From the NCBI RefSeq assembly GCF_009914755.1, contig NC_060934.1: a stretch of DNA of 64,000 nt. One strand, written 5' to 3'. Below are positions 36,326-64,000 of the stretch, in pieces (positions within the stretch are counted from its first letter, which is position 1; every line of letters begins with the position of its first letter). Origin of the DNA: the human T2T-CHM13v2.0 reference genome, Homo sapiens. Position numbers and translations under genes: made by a program. The notes below the pieces were generated by a model. That model searched no databases and had not been told where the DNA came from. It was given only the letters and a program-made list of their open reading frames with translations.

Positions 36326-36629
36326 AAAAATTTAATCTGTTATTTGTTACTGGAATATGTTCATTCTTGCACTTGGGACTAGAGTTAAGAGTATTTTAGA
36401 AATTGCAAACCAAATAATGAAGCTCCCATGTAGATCTGACTCAGAAAAACACAGAACACTGTGCGGAACACCATCCCTTTTCTCACCTTATACCCCTATT
36501 CTACCTCCTCCATCCCTGGAAACAAGGCAACAGTCCTCTTTTGTAGTTACACAGTACCTTGCTTTAGACATTCTAACTGCCTTCATCCTCTCAAAACTAG
36601 ATAATTTAGGTAAGACTTAAGAAGTTTCA

Positions 36630-37153
<524 letters not shown>

Positions 37154-37355
37154 TAATTTTGGAATTTTCTACAAAAAAACTAGATTTTGTTTCTGCTGCC
37201 ACAAATATTAATTATTCCTACTCAAAAGCCTGGCAGCTGTCTGCCCACTGCTGTGTAGAACATATTTATGTGATCACTACTTCGCATGGTAACTCTGAGA
37301 GATGGGTGGTTTTATCTCTCGGAGGGACTTGTCCAATGTCATAGAAATACATTAT

Positions 37356-38235
<880 letters not shown>

Positions 38236-38433
38236 TTGTACTTATGGTATGGTACTTATAGTACTTTTTACTGGGCAAAGCAAGGAGACACAAACATGCA
38301 TACACACATAGCAAATAAATCAGTCTGGCTTGAGAGGAAGATGGTTAGAATAGGACTCAGGCACAGTGGGTTTCTGTGCAGCTATTCACCATTTAGGCAA
38401 CTTTTCCAAAGTTGCTTAGCTTAGCTTCCCTAG

Positions 38434-42875
<4,442 letters not shown>

Positions 42876-42886
42876 CTTAAATTTAA

Positions 42887-46910
<4,024 letters not shown>

Positions 46911-47299
46911 AAGAAAAATTTATTTTGATTTTTCATTAGAGTATAGGCTCTGAAGTTTCATTTGTGCATATGAGTTACGTATCCTTCATATATAAATATA
47001 AGTGTATCTATATTTGCCGTGTCTACCAGTCAGACTACAAAAGGCATACATATGGTGGAATGATGATTTGCTATTTCAGTGAATGCATATATTCCTCACT
47101 GTGAACTAGTTATTATTTGGGGCTGTTAGTTGCTGCAATGAGACATCACACCTCTGAAACCATGGGGTGTCTTAGGAGACTTGTTAGAGGGCTTGTTATA
47201 CCATTTGGACTTGTGGCTGGTGATTTTGGGGAGGGTCCAAGGACAGGGGTGTGTTTTGGATTGGTGCTGTACTAACAGGGGCAACTCAAAGATTATTAT

Positions 47300-49220
<1,921 letters not shown>

Positions 49221-49740
49221 CTAATTCCAACTGTGTGCATGTGCTTAACAAATACCTCCGCACCCAGGCCTGGGAAGTTGGCTGATTTGTGTACAGCAAA
49301 TACGGCAGGCCTTATGTAGCAGAACTCTGACGAAAACGAACTGGACGCGTATTTCTCCTGCAGCGAAGGTCACGCTGCTGACAGCCTCTGCTTTGCACTT
49401 TGTCCCTGGGAAGGAGGCCTGTGGCCAGTCCTACCTCCTGGAAAGCCGGGGTGCGTCAGAGGACCTGATGCGGAGCGGGGACCCCATCCTCTCCGTGTCT
49501 CCCCAAGAGCCGGCGGCAGAGGCTGCCTGCGCTCCTTAAGCTAGGTCAGTTCTCTGGCCCGCAGTTCTCGTTCTCCTAACATCCTCCGCAGAAAACGACC
49601 TTCATTTTTTCCTCTTGCGCCAGTCTTGAAGCGGGGCGTCCTTTGGGCTCACGTTGCGGCGCCCAGCGGCCTCAAGCGTCAGCTGCCTCCAGGGCCTCAG
49701 GAGCAGTGGCTAGGGCCTGCCCTCCAGCGCCCGGGGTCCT

Positions 49741-50318
49741 CGGCCCAGCCCTGCTCCGAGCGCGTCACAATGGCGTCGCGGCCCCGCCCCCGGACGCCCA
49801 GCCGCGGTCCCAGCGACCTTCGCTTTCGTGGGGAAGCCGGACTGCGCCGTGTCTTCCTGAAGAAGGCTGGGGTAAGAGTCCGGCCAGCGGACAAGAGGGC
49901 AGCTGGTAGCAGGGTGGGATGCCCGTGGCATAGGGCCGAGCCCCCGCTAGGCACGCGGGAGCAGCAGGGCTTCCGGAAGCGCAGGGAGCGCTGGACTGGC
50001 GGGCGCCCGGGATTCGCGCAGGCCCCGCCCCTCGGCGGCCCCGCCCAGGGAGCGCTGCGGCAGTTTCCATGGTGAGATGGTCAACAAGCCTGTAAGTTCC
50101 TCAGCTACGACTACCAGGTACCTCGGGTTCCTCCCTCCTCCGAGAGACCGCCGAGGTGCGGGCTGTGAGAGGGGGAGCGTGGAGCCTCCGAGGCCGAGGT
50201 GAGGGGCGGCCGGCGGGCAGGGGCCGGGTCTGAGGTCGAGGGCCGCACACCCAGGATCGAGCGGGGACTGGGCCCGCTGGGGGTGGGGACCGTGGGGCTG
50301 GGATTTGGGATCAGGGCG
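49741..50318 (+). repeat. Inverted paralogous segment, copy B (pairs with 19510-20275)
   Basis: Same collinear exact blocks; ORF track shows shared peptides EAGLRRVFLK, PPLTSASE, EEGGTRGTW and LIPNPSP on opposite strands. Confidence 0.95.
49770..50071 (+). CDS. ZNF487: Candidate coding first exon MASRPRPRTP...GALRQFP (100 codons + 2 nt, phase-2 donor)
   Basis: Strong Kozak (cacaATGG), frame open to the donor at 50072; resembles the N-terminus I recall for a ZNF487 isoform, not verified. Confidence 0.35.
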
Positions 50319-50789
50319 AGTCGTGGCAGAGAGAACCCGGAGGATCTTTGACCCCAGTGCGGGAGCGGCCAGCCCACCCTAGAGAAGCGAGACAAGGGCA
50401 ACCAGAAGGAACCGAGTCTGAGGAAGCGCTTCCTCTGGGCAGGGATATTGGGAGAGTCCTGGACGAGTGACCCTGGACCTAGGAGGCATGAGAGGTCTAC
50501 ACACACTTGCAAGGATACCTTCATGATTGTTGAGTTGTGGTGAGAAAAGAGGCTCTTTTTAGTTTATTTTTTAAGGCAGTACATTCACATCCTTAAGAGT
50601 CAGAAACTTGCACAAGGCCTTATTACTCAAAACTCCCTTTTCCCAGTTCCTTCTGAGGAAATAGTTGCAAATCTTTGAACTTTTTTCCTCCGGAAATTTT
50701 CTTTTTTTCTCTTACATCGGCAGCTCTTCACTGTGTTCTTCCTTCATTAGCTTTACTAAGTTTGTATTCTTTGGTTGGAAATATTTATT

Positions 50790-51421
<632 letters not shown>

Positions 51422-51439
51422 CCCATATATTAAGAAATA

Positions 51440-52970
<1,531 letters not shown>

Positions 52971-52990
52971 TTGTTTTATATATATATATG

Positions 52991-58230
<5,240 letters not shown>

Positions 58231-58576
58231 ACTTTCAGAATTTTGACTGGATGTTTTTATATCTTTCCTATACTGTAATTCTCATTGTAGGTCATGTTTT
58301 CTTGCCTGTTTGCATGCCTGGTATCTTATTGGATGTTAGGCATTGTGAATTTTACTTTTTGGATGCAGGATATTTTTGTATTCCTGTGAATCTTCTTGAG
58401 CTTTATTCTGGGATATAGTTAAGTTACCTGAAAACAGTTTGTTCTCTTTGGTTTTTGTCTTTTCAGGATTATTAGGCAGGTCCAGGGCATTGTTCATTCT
58501 GGGGCAAATTATTCCCCACTGCTAAGGCTAGATCTTCCTGAGTACTTTACCCAATGGGCCATGAATTATGACATTT

Positions 58577-60188
58577 TCTTTTTTTTTTTTTGATCCTCAA
58601 AAATTTTATTTTATTTTGTTTTAATTTTTTTTTAGTATTTATTGATCATTCTTGGGTGTTTCTCCGAGGGGGGATTTGGCAGGGTCATAGGACAATAGAG
58701 GAGAGAAGGTCAGCAGATAAACATGTGAACAAAGGTCTCTGGTTTTCCTAGGCAGAGGACCCTGCGGCCTTCCGCAGTGTTTGTGTCCCTGGGTACTTGA
58801 GATTAGGGAGTGGTGATGACTCTTAATGAGCATGCTGCCTTCAAGCATCTGTTTAACAAAGCACATCTTGCACCGCCCTTAATCCATTTAACCCTGAGTT
58901 GACACAGCACATGTTTCAGAGAGCATGGGGTTGGGAGTAAGGTTATAGATTAACAGCATCCCAAGGCAGAAGAATTTTTCTTAGTACAGAACAAAATGGA
59001 GTCTCCTATGTCTACTTCTTTCTACACAGACACAGTAACAATCTGATCTCTCTTTCTTTGCCCCACGTTTCCCCCTTTTCTATTCGACAAAACCGCCGTC
59101 GTCATCATGGCCCGTTCTCAATGAGCTGTTGGGTACACCTCCCAGACGGGGTGGTGGCCGGGCAGAGGGGCTCCTCACTTCCCAGACGTGGCGGCCGGGC
59201 AGAGGCGCCACCCACCTCCCAGACGGGGTGGCTGCTGGGCGGGGGCGCCCCCCACCTCCCAGACGGGGTGGCCGGGCGGAGACTCTCCTCACTTCCCAGA
59301 CGGTGCGGCTGCCAGGCGGAGAGGCTCCTCACTTCTCAGACGGGGCGGCCGGGCAGAGGCACTCCTCAGTTCCCAGACAGGGTCGCCGCCGGGCAGAGGC
59401 GCTCCTCACCTCCCAGATGGGGTGGTGGCCGGGCAGAGGCACTCCTCACCTCCCAGACGGGGTGGCGGCCGGGTAGAGATGCTCCTCACCTCCCAGACGG
59501 GGCGGCCGGGCAGAGGCGCTCCTCACATCCCAGACAGGGCGGCCGGGCAGGGGCGCTCCCCACATCCTAGACGATGGGCGCCCGGGCAGAGACGCTCCTC
59601 TCTTCCTAGACGGGATGACGGCCGGGAAGAGGCGCTCCTCACTTCCCAGACTGGGCTGCCGGGCAGAGGGGCTCCTCACATCCCAGATGATGGGCGGCCA
59701 GGCAGAGACGCTCCTCACTTCCTAGACCGGGTGGCGGCTGGGAAGAGGCTGCAATCTCAGCACTTTGGGAGGCCAAGGCAGGCGGCTGGGAGGTGGTGGT
59801 TGTAGTGAGCGGAGATCACGCCACTGCACTCCAGCCTGGGCAACATTGAGCACTGAGTGAGCGAGACTCTGTCTGCAATCCCGGCACCTCAGGAGGCCGA
59901 GGCAGGCAGATGACTCGAGGTCAGGAGCTGGAGACCAGCCTGGCCAACACGGCGAAACCCCGTCTCCACCAAAAAAAAAACCAGTCAGGCGTGGCAGCGT
60001 GCCCCTACAATCCCAGGCACTCGGCAGGCTGAGGCAGGAGAATCAGGCAGGGAGGTTGCAGTGAGCCGAAATCGAGGCAGTACAGTCCAGCAGAGGGAGA
60101 CGGTGGAAAGCGGGAGACGGAGATGAGGGAGAGGGGGAGACCGTGGAAAGCGGGAGACGGAGACGACGGAGAGGGGAGAGGGAGAACA
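58577..60188 (-). mobile_element. Older SVA (SVA_A/B-like) with short VNTR, inserted in an Alu tail
   Basis: Reverse-complement SINE-R (58638-59130), VNTR (~59135-59745), Alu-like domain and degenerate hexamer head (~60095-60186); short ACATTTT(T)n duplication at 58571 and 60189. Confidence 0.92.
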
Positions 60189-60191
60189 ACA

Positions 60192-60482
60192 TTTTTTTTT
60201 TGAGACAGAGTCTCGCTCTGTTGCCCAGGCTGGAGTGCAGTGGCACGATCTTAGCTCACTGTAACCTCCACCTCACGGATTCAAGTGATTCTCCTGCCTT
60301 AGCCTCCTGAGAGCTGGGATTACAGGCATGTGCCACCATGCCCAGCTAATTTCTGTATTTTTAGTAAAGACGGGGTTTCACTATGTTGGCCAGGCTGGTC
60401 TTGAACTCCTGACCTCAAGTGATCTGCCTGCCTCGGGCTCCCAAAGTGCTGGGATTACAGGCGTGAGCCACCACGCACAGCC
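60192..60482 (-). mobile_element. AluS hosting the SVA in its tail
   Basis: TSD TGAATTATGACATTT at 58562-58576 and 60483-60497 brackets Alu plus SVA. Confidence 0.9.
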
Positions 60483-60905
60483 TGAATTATGACATTTCTA
60501 ATCTGCCTGGTGTAGGAACAGGCACTATTCCATGCCCTGTGTGAGCACTGGGCACTATTCCCTCTGATCTTTTTAGATGGTTCTTTTGACAGATGTGGGT
60601 AATGCCCTTATACTCATGTACTGATCAATACACTGCTGAGCTCTCAAGTGGGATGCTGCAGGTCTCTGGGGTTTTCTCTCCATGCAGCTCTTTCTTCTCT
60701 GGTGCTGTGTTCTGTGAATTCTAGCTGCCTGTGTCTCCCCAGACTATCAAATCTATCTTTTCAACTCAAGGAATCTGCCAGGCTCTGCCTTAGTTATTTT
60801 TCCTTGTAGCACATTCTACAAACTACTCAAGTCAGTTAGCTGGGGCACTTGTAGGACTCATCTCATTTGTTTCCTATCTCTTAGGGATTACTCTCTGTTT
60901 TCTGA

Positions 60906-61287
<382 letters not shown>

Positions 61288-61392
61288 TAACCTGGTCCCT
61301 GTTACTCAATTCATCTTGCGCTGAAGTGGAGAATTGAAGATGGGGCATCAAGCATTCATTTCATCTCTTATTGAATTCTAATAATAAAAGTA

Positions 61393-62371
<979 letters not shown>

Positions 62372-62620
62372 TTATTATTCAAGTCAACTCACTATTTAAA
62401 GCTAATTTCATAGGAAAATTCTACTTAATTCAGTCTAACATTATGTAAGTAACCAAGGAAGAGTTAACAGCTGTGTTACAGAAGTGAACTATAAGCTTGT
62501 GAATTCAGTATTTAAAAAAAAATTCCTTTTCAGTATTTTGTAATGCTTCAACATGCATTTTGAGCTTATTTCTGTTTATATTGTTGTAATGTTCCTCAGC
62601 AGTTAACATGTATTGAAGCA

Positions 62621-64000
<1,380 letters not shown>

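Larger units (their letters stand above)
49300..50430 (+). promoter_or_regulatory. CpG island, promoter of a + strand gene (probably ZNF487)
   Basis: CpG-dense; GC boxes, palindromic CTTCCGGAAG ETS site at ~49970, X-box-like GTTTCCATGGTGA at 50063-50075. Confidence 0.85.

Noticed and set aside
58639-59805. ORFs up to 205 aa similar to those at 34-36 kb
   Set aside because: Second SVA; similarity reflects shared element family, not gene duplication

Overview
Primate, almost certainly human, genomic DNA that is extremely Alu-dense and has no complete protein-coding gene. I recognise it from recalled sequence as the HNRNPF-ZNF487 interval (10q11.21). The left third holds the non-coding 5' part of HNRNPF on the minus strand: distal exon 1 (~19717-19850), proximal alternative exon 1 (~8174-8310), exon 2 (7445-7579) and exon 3 (5619-5677). 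The HNRNPF CDS lies left of the window. A + strand CpG-island promoter/first exon at ~49.7-50.2 kb is probably ZNF487, followed by its long intron 1. A further CpG island with no obvious gene sits at ~31.3-32.2 kb. Main finding: the distal HNRNPF promoter/exon 1/intron 1 start (19510-20275) and the putative ZNF487 promoter/exon 1 (49741-50318) are an old inverted duplication of each other. In the ZNF487-side copy, small changes give a strong-Kozak ATG and an extra splice donor framing a 100-codon exon. Also present: a young full-length SVA (SVA_E-like) with a 14-bp TSD and a short 5' transduction, an older SVA nested in an Alu tail, a U3 snoRNA pseudogene, two 5' U6 fragments with TSDs, a uORF in HNRNPF exon 2, and spacer-less inverted Alu junctions. 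Almost all ORFs in the supplied track are Alu, SVA or CpG-island artefacts. Repeat boundaries and subfamilies are by eye and approximate.
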